Shown here: piece by piece, positions 1 through 9,658 of the stretch
Position numbering within the stretch: position 1 is the first letter of the stretch
Layout of the letters: each line of letters starts with the position of its first letter
Assembly (NCBI GenBank): GCA_963790475.1
Contig: CAWBOS010000011.1
Coordinates: 224,001 to 288,000, forward strand
Length of the DNA stretch: 64,000 nucleotides
Source of the DNA: an uncultured delta proteobacterium
GTDB lineage: Bacteria > Desulfobacterota > RBG-13-43-22
Reading direction: 5' to 3'
Made by a program: the position numbers and the translations under genes
Notes under the pieces: model-generated
The model's database searches: none
Seen by the model: only the letters and a program-made list of their open reading frames with translations
What the model was told of the DNA's origin: nothing

Positions 1-1238
1 AGGCCCTGGTCAATAACGCCGTCAGGGCCCTTGCCGCCGGTGAATGCCGGGCCGTCCTGATGACCGGGGCTGAAGCTTTTTATGCCCTGCGCCGGTCGTC
101 CAAAGGTAAAGTCGTCTTGGATTGGCCCCGGAGTGAGCCCCCGGATCGGATCGATGGTAACAATTCCCCCGGCTTCAGCCCACTGGAAAAAAAGTACAAC
201 CTTTCCCGTGCCATTTATGTCTATCCCCTTTTCGAGACGGCGCTCCGGGCTTCTTCAGGCCGCAGCCCGGAGGAGCACCGCAAATATCTGGGCGAACTTT
301 GCGCTCGTTTATCGCGGATAGCTTCAACAAATCCCTACGCCTGGATACGCCGTGCAGCATCGGCGGAGGAGATAGCCACCCCCGGCTCGGGCAACCGTTA
401 TATCGGCTATCCCTATACCAAGATGATGAATGCCAATATCGATGTAGACCAATCCGCTGCGCTGATTATGACTACCGAGAAGACCGCAAGGGAATTAGGG
501 ATAGACCCCGCGCGCTGGGTCTATCCTCTGTCCGGAGTCGAACTTAATGAAATCTGGGTCGTAAGCCGTCGTCCCCGTCTGGATAGTTCACAGGCGATCC
601 GCCTGGCCGCCCGGCTGTGTCTCGACCGGGCAGGTCTGTCTTTAAATGATATAGGCGTTTTCGATCTCTACAGCTGTTTCCCCTGCGTTGTGGAAATCGC
701 ACGTCGGGAAATCGGTATTTCGGAAGATGACGGGCGCGATCTATCTGTTACGGGAGGTCTCGCCTTTTTTGGCGGTCCCGGCAACAACTATACCATGAAT
801 GGCATTGCCTCTGTGGTCGATAGGATTCGAAAAAACCGGAAGCTGAAGGCCATGGTGACTGCCAACGGATTCTACCTGACGAAACATGCTGTTGGAATAT
901 ACGGCGGTGAGCGGCCCTCTATTCCTGTAAATTGCGGGGAAGCGACCGGCCTTCAGGCGTCCATCGATGCCTCAGCGCTGCCCGAACCGTTGGAACGGGC
1001 CGACGGCGAGATGATGGTTGAAGCCTATGTCATCAGGCATGACAGAAAAGGTGAACCGGAGCAGGGCACGGTGATTGGGAGGGTCAGGGACGGCAGCCGC
1101 TGTCTCGCTCATATCCAAGCCAATGCGGCCTCGCTTTTGGAAATGGAGAAGTTCGAACTTGTAGGAAAAACAGGCCGGGTGCGATTCCATCCTGAAAGCG
1201 GGCTCAACTTGATTTCCTTTAGTGATTTTCCCTTTTGA
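1..1238 (+). CDS. Thiolase-like protein (acetyl-CoA acetyltransferase family) with C-terminal extension; 5' end lies outside the window
   Basis: Motifs YPYTKMMNA, VDQSAALI, DLYSCFP, VTGGLAFFGGPGNNY and TKHAVGIY; the frame is open to the window edge. Confidence 0.8.
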   Translation, partial: ALVNNAVRALAAGECRAVLMTGAEAFYALRRSSKGKVVLDWPRSEPPDRIDGNNSPGFSPLEKKYNLSRAIYVYPLFETALRASSGRSPEEHRKYLGELCARLSRIASTNPYAWIRRAASAEEIATPGSGNRYIGYPYTKMMNANIDVDQSAALIMTTEKTARELGIDPARWVYPLSGVELNEIWVVSRRPRLDSSQAIRLAARLCLDRAGLSLNDIGVFDLYSCFPCVVEIARREIGISEDDGRDLSVTGGLAFFGGPGNNYTMNGIASVVDRIRKNRKLKAMVTANGFYLTKHAVGIYGGERPSIPVNCGEATGLQASIDASALPEPLERADGEMMVEAYVIRHDRKGEPEQGTVIGRVRDGSRCLAHIQANAASLLEMEKFELVGKTGRVRFHPESGLNLISFSDFPF

Positions 1239-1253
1239 ATCTACTCACAAAAG

Positions 1254-1817
1254 TCAGCGGCGGCCCAGTTCCTCTTCCAGTTGCCAGACGACATCTCCGA
1301 CGAAATCATGAAATCCCCAGCCGATGCCGTCCGTCATCTGTTCCACTCTCGCCAACCGGTCGCGGAACTGTGAATACATCCCCTGCGCCTCGCCGCGCAA
1401 TAGAACGGACAGTTCTTCCAGCACTGACTCCACGCTGTTGTAAAACCGCTCATCAATGTCCCCAAATTCGTGGGTGAATTTTACACCGTTTTCCACATAG
1501 GTCATCAGCAATTCCACCGTTCCCGGGAGGTTGCACGTAGCCTTGCGAAAATCGCGAATGGCCTTACATGCCTCTCCCAGCTTTAGTTTGCCGAAGCCTC
1601 GCGCGGGAAAAAACTGCTCCACGATCTTGCTCCGATACTTTTCCAGGACCTCGGCATTGTTCTCGCCGGCCTTACAGCGGGCAAGGATAAAGTCGCGGTT
1701 CTCAGGGTCCGCTTCAAATAGGTCTTTCATCAGGGCGAGTAGTGCGGGCTTGTCCCAGGTAGTGAGTTGTTGGCGGACAGTACTCCAGCCGCCAGGCTTT
1801 TTGGTCGTGTTTTTCAT
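1254..1817 (-). CDS. Hypothetical protein (DUF6155-like, helical)
   Basis: 187-aa ORF with ELLMTYVENGVKFTHEFGDIDERFY and GWGFHD motifs; co-oriented with the upstream HTH gene. Confidence 0.6.
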   Translation of the reverse strand: MKNTTKKPGGWSTVRQQLTTWDKPALLALMKDLFEADPENRDFILARCKAGENNAEVLEKYRSKIVEQFFPARGFGKLKLGEACKAIRDFRKATCNLPGTVELLMTYVENGVKFTHEFGDIDERFYNSVESVLEELSVLLRGEAQGMYSQFRDRLARVEQMTDGIGWGFHDFVGDVVWQLEEELGRR

Positions 1818-1825
1818 GGCTCTGA

Positions 1826-2116
1826 CTATCTATGTTGAATGCCTTTCAATGGGGGCAATGAATCAGACGGAACGATCAAGGTGATGCTGCGCGCTTGCCC
1901 GGGAACACGCCGAATAAAGCCACGCCGTTCCAGCGTGAGCACCATCGAATGCACGCTCGGCGGCGAGATCTGAAAAAATCGCTGCATGTCTGCTTCAGCC
2001 GGAGCGTAACCGTTCACGACGCTGTATTGATGGATATAGGCCAGAAACTGGCCTTGTCGTTCGGTGAAAATCGGGGTCATAAATTTTTGTTGCTGGCTGA
2101 CAGGGAGACCATTCAT
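1826..2116 (-). CDS. LexA DNA-binding-domain/MarR-like winged-helix protein
   Basis: FTERQGQFLAYI...PPSVHSMVLTLERRGFIRRVPGQARSI resembles the LexA N-terminal domain; no peptidase domain. Confidence 0.7.
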   Translation of the reverse strand: MNGLPVSQQQKFMTPIFTERQGQFLAYIHQYSVVNGYAPAEADMQRFFQISPPSVHSMVLTLERRGFIRRVPGQARSITLIVPSDSLPPLKGIQHR

Positions 2117-2199
2117 AGCTCACACCTCTGCGACTGTCGGTTCGTCCTCATTGTAAACGCGGGCGAGGGATTGGATCTTCTTGTCGAATTCGATTTTTT

Positions 2200-2859
2200 T
2201 TAACCCAAAGTTTCTGAAAAATACGCCTTGTCCCAAATATTTTCTCCCCTATCAAGACTCTTCTTGACCTCAGGAAAAGTAGCCAGGAGTGCTTTTTTTA
2301 AGGAGAGCTTAAGTTTTCGGATGATGGCTTCTATGGATTTTTCCCCATCGGATTCGAGATAAATATGCAGGTGATCCGGGGCCAGCCAGAGCAGACGGGC
2401 AACTCCCCCAACGAGTCCCCCGCAACCAATAACCGTATCAAGAACTAAATTAAAATATTCTTTTTCAGGAGAAAAGACGGGTGTCCTTTGGCTGACATTC
2501 CAGGCCAGATGATACTTGAGTTCCATAAAAACCCCTCCGGGATATTGTTTCAATTTCTGCAGAGCCAGGGCTTTCTGGTATTTGAACTTGTCGGAGTTCA
2601 TTATTTCATAAATGGATTTATGCCTTGCCTTTCGATCAACCGGAGCAGGGGGCGTTACCTCAGCCGAACCAATAAGGTTTAATCTCGGGCGAAAGGCGTG
2701 ACAAGAAAAATTGTGATCATCTTGGACGGCTCGGTTCAGATGACAAAGAATCCCTTCCTCAAATTCCAAATCCCGGCAAACCCGGCAGCGGCTATCGGTC
2801 CGGGCCCTATAAAACTTGTCACATTCCAGACATCTCTGGGGAGCATTTTTTTCAGGCAT
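2200..2859 (-). CDS. IS200/IS605-type Y1 (HUH) transposase-like protein with Cys-rich N-terminal extension
   Basis: LKYHLAW, DHLHI (HUH motif) and IWDKAYFSETLG (catalytic Tyr); N-terminal CxxC...CxxC...C...C; start chosen at MPEKN, the ORF extends to 2904. Confidence 0.7.
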   Translation of the reverse strand: MPEKNAPQRCLECDKFYRARTDSRCRVCRDLEFEEGILCHLNRAVQDDHNFSCHAFRPRLNLIGSAEVTPPAPVDRKARHKSIYEIMNSDKFKYQKALALQKLKQYPGGVFMELKYHLAWNVSQRTPVFSPEKEYFNLVLDTVIGCGGLVGGVARLLWLAPDHLHIYLESDGEKSIEAIIRKLKLSLKKALLATFPEVKKSLDRGENIWDKAYFSETLG

Positions 2860-3318
2860 AGCTACTCGGTATCTTTTGAAGCGGCATGGCACGACCGGCA
2901 ACATTTAGCATTCGCATTGGGTCACGTTACCTGATGGGTTGTTCCCCTTCACCCCATATACGGGCGAGGGTAGTCTGGATCTTCTTCTCAGACATTCTGG
3001 TTCCTATTTTATCCTCCCATCAAAAAATTAAAAGCCCCATCTTCTTTTCAAAAAATGGGGGGCATTATCGGACTGCTTCATGCACCGGCCTCTCGGGTTT
3101 GGGAGTAACGTCCTTAAAAAAGCTGATTTTTAGATAAACAATTTAAAACATATCCATTAGTTAAAGTCAACTCCAAAGGAGTAGCGTCTTCAGAGACTTT
3201 ATGAGATCAGACTAATTCAATCCCGGAATTATTTTTTTAAGTTGCACTCGCCGGGCCTTTTAAGTATATAATTTTTGGCTTGGCTTAAGAATTTTAAGGA
3301 ATCGAAGAAAGTCCCGAT

Positions 3319-3885
3319 ATGAATTCACTGAAAGAACTGATTCAAGAATTCCCGGTCCATGAACGAAAACTGGATATCCGCACTTATCCGCTGGATAACG
3401 ACCAGGTGGTCGTCGAAGGGTCTCTCCGGGACGAAAGGATGGTGCCCGGTTACAACAGGGACGGACGGCCCCGCCCACCGGGAGTGGTCCATTGGATGTG
3501 TGTCCGACTTCTCTTGGGAGGGAAGCCGATTACCATCCTCGATGCCGAAGCGGAAATGCCTACCATCCCTCATCCGCTGTGCCCGACTGTTGTCGATTCG
3601 GTGAAAAAAATTATCGGTCTGGCCGTAGTCACCGGATTCAGCGATCAGGTGCGTAAGAAGTTGTACGGGGTGGAAGGCTGCAGTCACCTGATGCACCTGA
3701 TCCTGGCCATGGGACCGGCCGGACTGCACGGCTATTGGGCCGATCAAGGCCGAAAGCCCCACACCGTGCCCCGGTCCTTTGAAGAGACACCTAACCTGGA
3801 GTATCTGATCAACAGTTGCCAGCTGTGGCGGGAAGACGGGCCTTTAGTCAGACAGATTCGGGAATCACTAAAAATAATTGAATAA
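3319..3885 (+). CDS. DUF2889-like protein
   Basis: HERKLDIRTY, VHWM, P.P.CP, GCSHL and LINSC motifs. Confidence 0.7.
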   Translation: MNSLKELIQEFPVHERKLDIRTYPLDNDQVVVEGSLRDERMVPGYNRDGRPRPPGVVHWMCVRLLLGGKPITILDAEAEMPTIPHPLCPTVVDSVKKIIGLAVVTGFSDQVRKKLYGVEGCSHLMHLILAMGPAGLHGYWADQGRKPHTVPRSFEETPNLEYLINSCQLWREDGPLVRQIRESLKIIE

Positions 3886-3925
3886 CTTGACATTTTGACT
3901 TGAAATGATTATTGAATAACCAGCC

Positions 3926-4067
3926 GAGAGCTTTGAAAAACATTCCTTTTTGACCAATTTCTTCGTCAGGCTCAAATTTTAATCCCTAGAAATACCAAGG
4001 GTATTTTTGGGATTAAATTTTTCGTCTTCCTTGATCTTGAACAAAATTAATTAGTTTTCAGAGTCTT
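3926..4067. repeat. Intergenic palindromic MITE-like element
   Basis: Imperfect terminal IR (gagagctttgaaaa / ttttcagagtctt) and central palindrome aaattttaatccc...gggattaaattt. Confidence 0.5.
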
Positions 4068-4117
4068 ACGGCCAATTCTCAAAATATGGTAACCTATTTT
4101 CTTAATTTGAATTTTTT

Positions 4118-5062
4118 ATGATTGAAGTTGAACAGTTAACCAAATATTACGGTTTTGTACCGGCCATATCCGAACTTTCATTTTCTATCGGACAGGGGGA
4201 GGTGGTCGGCTTCTTAGGACCCAATGGGGCGGGGAAAACCACTACCCTCAAGATTTTGACCTGTTTCCTTCCACCCACCTCCGGAAAAGCCCGGGTCAAT
4301 GGCTGGGATGTCTCACATGATTCCCTCAAAGTCCGGGAACAAGTGGGCTACCTTCCCGAGAGTGTTCCTTTATATACCGAGATGACCGTAGAACGATTTC
4401 TTTCCTTTGCCGCTCAGGCCAAGGGGATGGGCGCCCATGAAATCAAAACATCCCTGAATAAGACCCTGGATGACTGCGGGTTACAGAAGGTCCGGGGACG
4501 CATCATCGGGCATCTTTCCAAGGGGTTCAAACAACGGGTCGGACTGGCCCAGGCCCTTTTGAACAATCCCCCGGTCCTGATCCTGGATGAACCAACTATC
4601 GGATTGGACCCGGCTCAAGTGGTGGAGATCAGGGAATTGATCCGGTCTTTAGGCCAGGAGAGGACCATCATATTAAGTTCTCACATCTTACCGGAAGTCA
4701 GCCAGATCTGTCAGAGGGTGATCATCATCAATCGGGGCCGGATTGTGGCCATTGATACGGTCTCAAACCTGACTGCTCAGATTCAGACCTCACGGAAAAT
4801 CCATTTGACCATCCAGGGACCCCCGGAAGAAATCTTAAAGGTCCTGATGCTTCAACCCGGGGTCTTGAAAGCGGAAGAAAAACCAAAGGACGGTCCTGGA
4901 AGATACCAGGTGGAGATGGATAAGGACCAGGATATCAGGGCCGACCTGGCGAGATCGGTCATTGAAAAAGGATGGGGATTGCTGGAAATGCGCGGTCAGG
5001 AGCTCAGCCTGGAAGAGGTCTTTGTTCAGTTGGTGACCGAAGAACCTGGAGACCAGGTATGA
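4118..5062 (+). CDS. ABC transporter ATP-binding protein (GldA-like)
   Basis: Walker A GPNGAGKTT, signature LSKGFKQR, Walker B ILDEP. Confidence 0.9.
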   Translation: MIEVEQLTKYYGFVPAISELSFSIGQGEVVGFLGPNGAGKTTTLKILTCFLPPTSGKARVNGWDVSHDSLKVREQVGYLPESVPLYTEMTVERFLSFAAQAKGMGAHEIKTSLNKTLDDCGLQKVRGRIIGHLSKGFKQRVGLAQALLNNPPVLILDEPTIGLDPAQVVEIRELIRSLGQERTIILSSHILPEVSQICQRVIIINRGRIVAIDTVSNLTAQIQTSRKIHLTIQGPPEEILKVLMLQPGVLKAEEKPKDGPGRYQVEMDKDQDIRADLARSVIEKGWGLLEMRGQELSLEEVFVQLVTEEPGDQV

Positions 5063-5829
5063 AGGGATTTGCAGCGATTTTTAAACGGGAACTGTACGCC
5101 TTTTTTGCTTCTCCCATTTTTTATGTTGTCGGAGGGATTTTCCTGATCTTGTGCGGTTATTTTTTTTATACCTCCGTGGCCTATTTCAGTCTGATCAGTT
5201 TTCAGGCCGCCCAGAATCCCAATGCGGGAGGGCTGGTCAACTTGAATGAAATGGTTGTAAAACCCCTTTTTGACGATATGAGCATTATCCTTCTGTTGAT
5301 CATCCCTTTGCTGACCATGCGTCTATTGGCGGAAGAAAAGAAGAACGGGACCATTGAACTCCTCCTGACCTATCCCGTTCGGGAAGCGGCTGTAGTCTTG
5401 GGGAAGTATTTGGCCACCCTCTTTATTGTCTTCATCCTGCTGTCCTTGACCGGCATTAATGTTTTGATGATTTCCCTCTTCGGAGTTGTAGAGTGGGGGC
5501 CGGTTTTAACCGGTTACGGTGGTTTGATTTTAATGGCCGCCTGTTTCATTTCTCTGGGCCTCTTTACTTCAGCCCTGACCCAAAATCAGATTATTGCCGC
5601 GGTCCTTGGCTTTGGAGCTTTACTTATGTTTTGGATCATCGGCTGGGCCGGATCGGTCTCCGGACCAGGGGTCGGCCAGGTGGTCAACTATCTTTCCTTA
5701 TTGGAACATCTGGAGCCTTTTACCAAAGGGGTTCTGGATACCCGGGATATTATGTATTATATTAATTTTTCGGTGTTTTTTATCTTCTTAACTTTACGCT
5801 TTCTGGACTCACAAAAGATTAGAGGATGA
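5059..5829 (+). CDS. ABC-2 permease (GldF-like)
   Basis: Multi-TM protein with PLLTMRLLAEEKKNGTIELLLTYP; ATG overlaps the upstream stop. Confidence 0.85.
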   Translation: MKGFAAIFKRELYAFFASPIFYVVGGIFLILCGYFFYTSVAYFSLISFQAAQNPNAGGLVNLNEMVVKPLFDDMSIILLLIIPLLTMRLLAEEKKNGTIELLLTYPVREAAVVLGKYLATLFIVFILLSLTGINVLMISLFGVVEWGPVLTGYGGLILMAACFISLGLFTSALTQNQIIAAVLGFGALLMFWIIGWAGSVSGPGVGQVVNYLSLLEHLEPFTKGVLDTRDIMYYINFSVFFIFLTLRFLDSQKIRG

Positions 5830-5958
5830 AACGATTTCGGATTTCGGAATGCGGATTTCGAAATAAAAGGAACCAAAGAACTGATTGGTAATTTACGATT
5901 TCAGATTTCAGAATAGAAAAGTTTATTATAGAAGAAATAATCCTCATAAAAATAAATC

Positions 5959-7362
5959 ATGATTGCCACCAAGATAAATAAATGGAAGGAAAAGTCCCTG
6001 TTGACCCTCCTGGCTATAGTCTTCATCGCCATTCTGGTGGGGATCAGTCTGATCGTCCATCGGTTCCCCTGGCGGTTGGACCTGACCCAAGGGAAGAAGC
6101 ATTCCATTTCCAGCCAGTCACAAAAAATCGTAAAAAACATCAGGCAGGAGGTCTGGATCCGGGCCTTTTTTCAGGAAGGAAACCCCGCTAAAAAAAATGC
6201 CCAGGCCCTTTTTGAGACCTATTCTTATATCAATCCCCGAATTCATTACCAGTTTATAGACCCCGATCGGCAACCCGCTTTAGCTCAGCAATACGGGGTG
6301 CGAAACTACGGGGCCTTGACCCTGGAATCTGCCGGAAAAACCCGCAATGTTGCCACCGCCGATGAAGAGGGGATCACTAACGGCCTGTTACGATTGATGC
6401 AAAACAAAGTCAAGAAGGTAGTTTTTCTTACCGGACATGGGGAAAAGAGTCTTCAGGATTCCCAAAAGACAGGATATTCCCAGGCCGGGGGTCTCTTGGA
6501 AAAAGAAAATTACCAGACCGAAGAAATCAATCTTATGTCCGGGACCGGCCTTCCGGCCGAGACCAGCTGTTTGGTCATTGCCGGGCCAAAGAAACCCTTT
6601 TTCCCGGAAGAAATTGAGGACCTGAAAAAATTCGTCAGCCGTGGAGGCCGGGTGGTCCTGATGTTGGAACCTTATCAGGACGGTGGGTTAAAAGATTGGC
6701 TGGCCTCATTGGGGGTGACCCTGGATCAGGATATCCTGATCGATAAGGTCAGCCGGATTTTTGGCGGGGATTACCTGATCCCCATGGCCGGTTCCTACGG
6801 CCGGCATCCGATAACCGAAAGATTCAATGTGGCTACTTTTTTCCCCACGGCCCGATCCCTGACGATTCCCGCAACACCACCGCCAGGGGTTTCTTACGAT
6901 ATACTGGTTCGCTCATCGTCTGAGAGCTGGGCGGAGACCGACAAAAGAAAAATGGAAAAGGGTGAGGCCTCCTTTGATGAAGGGAAAGACCGGAAAGGGC
7001 CGCTGGACCTGGCCGTTTTAGTGACCATTGGTTCACCGGACCCAAAAGCGGATTCCAAAGAACCCGGGAAAAAGGAACAAAAATTTCCCAAAGGTCAGCT
7101 CGCCGTTTTCGGCGATTCGGATTTTGCCTCCAACGCTTATTTTAATCTTTCCGGCAACGGGGACCTGCTGCTGAATACCATCAATTTCCTGACCGAAGAA
7201 GAACAGCTTATATCCATCCGTCCGGCCAAAACACCGGTTCGTCCTTTATCCTTGACCTCAGCCCAGGCCCAGATGTTGTTCCTGATCCCTATGGTCCTGC
7301 TGCCCTTGGTGGTGATTGGGGCCGGGATAGGCGTTTGGCGTTCAAGGAGAAAGGCGCGGTGA
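5959..7362 (+). CDS. GldG-family ABC auxiliary component
   Basis: RLDLT, FLTGHGE, LVIAGPK and GDSDF motifs; N- and C-terminal TM helices. Confidence 0.85.
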   Translation: MIATKINKWKEKSLLTLLAIVFIAILVGISLIVHRFPWRLDLTQGKKHSISSQSQKIVKNIRQEVWIRAFFQEGNPAKKNAQALFETYSYINPRIHYQFIDPDRQPALAQQYGVRNYGALTLESAGKTRNVATADEEGITNGLLRLMQNKVKKVVFLTGHGEKSLQDSQKTGYSQAGGLLEKENYQTEEINLMSGTGLPAETSCLVIAGPKKPFFPEEIEDLKKFVSRGGRVVLMLEPYQDGGLKDWLASLGVTLDQDILIDKVSRIFGGDYLIPMAGSYGRHPITERFNVATFFPTARSLTIPATPPPGVSYDILVRSSSESWAETDKRKMEKGEASFDEGKDRKGPLDLAVLVTIGSPDPKADSKEPGKKEQKFPKGQLAVFGDSDFASNAYFNLSGNGDLLLNTINFLTEEEQLISIRPAKTPVRPLSLTSAQAQMLFLIPMVLLPLVVIGAGIGVWRSRRKAR

Positions 7363-7895
7363 TTTTAAAGAAGCTTTGGATATACCTCGCCGTCCTTCTG
7401 TTCGTTGCCGGGCTTTGGGCTGTATCAGAATTTATGATCCCTCGAAAGACAGAGGGATTAAAGGTCCCGCCCTTTTTTACCAACCTTCAACCCGAAAAAA
7501 TTCAGGAGATCCAATGGCTGAGAGGCACTGACGTTGTTGACCTGAAAAAGAATAAGGTTTGGGAGATCGTTCAACCGGTTTCAGCGCCGGCCGATCCGGC
7601 TGTTGTGAATAATATCCTCCGGACCTTGAGTGGGCTTACATCGGAAAAACGATTTTCCGTTTCAGGGAAGGACTGGAAAGAATTCGGCCTGGATCCCCCC
7701 AGGTTAAAGGTTCTTTTTTTGAACCAGGGTAAATGGATTGAAATTCAAATAGGTAAAAAGACACCGGTCGGTATTGACTCCTATGTCAGAGTCTCCAACT
7801 CACCAGACCTTTTTTTACTCCCGGAGTATCTCGTCGGAGAACTCGATCAGGACCTTTCGGCCCTGAAAGAGAAAAAGGTCAAGGAAGGTCCTTAA
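7359..7895 (+). CDS. DUF4340-like membrane-anchored protein
   Basis: N-terminal TM, FGLDPP and IGKKTP motifs; typical position after gldG; GTG overlaps the stop. Confidence 0.7.
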   Translation: MILKKLWIYLAVLLFVAGLWAVSEFMIPRKTEGLKVPPFFTNLQPEKIQEIQWLRGTDVVDLKKNKVWEIVQPVSAPADPAVVNNILRTLSGLTSEKRFSVSGKDWKEFGLDPPRLKVLFLNQGKWIEIQIGKKTPVGIDSYVRVSNSPDLFLLPEYLVGELDQDLSALKEKKVKEGP

Positions 7896-8266
7896 TGGCC
7901 AGGATTGTAAGCTGTTTAAAAAAAAGAGAGATGCTCCACAACACGAGTATCAGCAGTGACGAACTCGCTCAATATGGATGGGAGTACCTTAAAGAGGATC
8001 GACCGGTCGATGCCCTGGATTTTTTTGAAAAGGCCCAGGACTTGGAAGGGATCCGGCAGATCAGGGAGTGGAGTCTGGAACAAGGCGATCCTTTTCTGCT
8101 GCAACAAACCGGGAAACTATTGAAGGAGCAGGTCCCCGAAGATTTATGGAGGAAGGTAGGAGAAAAGGCCCTGGGCGCCGGCAGATTTCAACAAGCCTTG
8201 ATGGCCTTTAAAGCCCTGGCTGATGAGGAAAAAATTAAAGAGATACAGACTTTGATAAAAGGATAA
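7895..8266 (+). CDS. Hypothetical helical-repeat protein
   Basis: 123-aa ORF translationally coupled (TAATG) to the previous gene. Confidence 0.6.
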   Translation: MARIVSCLKKREMLHNTSISSDELAQYGWEYLKEDRPVDALDFFEKAQDLEGIRQIREWSLEQGDPFLLQQTGKLLKEQVPEDLWRKVGEKALGAGRFQQALMAFKALADEEKIKEIQTLIKG

Positions 8267-8384
8267 GGATCATCCCTGTTTCTTCATAAGTAATAAGGAA
8301 GTAACAATTCCAAATAATATTGGAACCCCACCGCTTCAATTTAAAAAGTGAGATAAATTCTGACTGAAAAGCGTGAACAGCAAT

Positions 8385-9489
8385 ATGCCTAACGACAATC
8401 ATAAAAGGGATTACTATGAGGTGTTGGGAGTTTCCCGGCAGGCCGATGAAGAGGAAATAAAAAAAGCCTACCGGAAAATGGCTCTCCAATATCATCCGGA
8501 CCGTAATCCCGGAGATAAAGAAGCCGAAGAACGGTTTAAGGAAGCGGCCGAGGCCTACGAGGTTCTTCATGATGCCCAAAAACGGGATCTTTATGACCGG
8601 TTCGGCCATGAGGGGTTGAAGAGTACCGGCTTCAGCGGGTTTGGCGGATTTGAAGATATTTTCTCCAGCTTCGGGGATATCTTCGAAGACTTTTTCGGGT
8701 TCGGCCGAAGGGGCCGGGGTGGATCATCGCGGGCCAGGGAAGGAGCGGATCTTCGTTATGATCTCTCCGTTTCTTTCATGGAAGCGGCCAAAGGTAAGGA
8801 AATGGAACTGAAAATTCCCCGGATGGAGACCTGTACCCATTGCCATGGGAATGGCCTTGAACCCGGCACCAAGCCCGAATTCTGCCCCACCTGCGGCGGC
8901 AGGGGACAGGTGGTCCAGTCCCAGGGGTTTTTTCGAATCAGTACCCCCTGTCCAAGGTGCCATGGTCAGGGCCAGATTATCACCCATCCCTGCCCTTCCT
9001 GCCACGGGCAAGGACGGATTGAACAGACCAAAACCTTGTCCATCAAGATCCCGCCCGGAATCTCCAATGGGTCCCGCTTGCGTTTTCGAGGTCAGGGGGA
9101 AGGGGGCAGTCCAGGGGGGCCCTCCGGGAGATTTATATGTCATCGTCTATGTCGAAGAACATGAATTCTTCCAAAGGGACGGGGACAATGTGGTTTGTTC
9201 TCTCCCCATTTCGATGACCCAGGCCGCCCTGGGGGCGGAACTTGAGGTGCCGACATTAAACAACCCTAAAAAACTGACTATCCCCAAAGGGACCCAGAAC
9301 GGCCAAACCTTGCGAATGAAAGGGGAAGGGTTCCCCCACCTTCGCGGGTCCGGTAAAGGAGATCAGATCATCCAGGTAGAGGTGAAAATCCCCAACCATT
9401 TAAATAAAAAACAGGAAGAACTGTTGCGGGAATTTGAGGAATTGGAAAGCAAAAAAAGCGGGTCCCGGCTGTTTAAGTTATTCTCATAA
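8385..9489 (+). CDS. dnaJ: Chaperone DnaJ, split by a +1 frameshift in a G run near 9114-9128
   Basis: J-domain HPD, G/F region and four CxxCxGxG repeats; C-terminal GDLYV...GDQII continues in the next frame. Confidence 0.92.
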
Positions 9490-9658
9490 CTACATTAGAA
9501 AGCAAGAATGAGGGGGTCCCAGGATAATCGGAAGCCTTCGGTTTAAGGTATAAGGTGCACAGTGTAAGGTTCACCTTGAACCTTTCGAGCCTCCGATCTT
9601 TTGAATCCATAAATCCTTTTAAATCTCCGATGTCTCTCCCGCAGACCAAAATTGGGTT

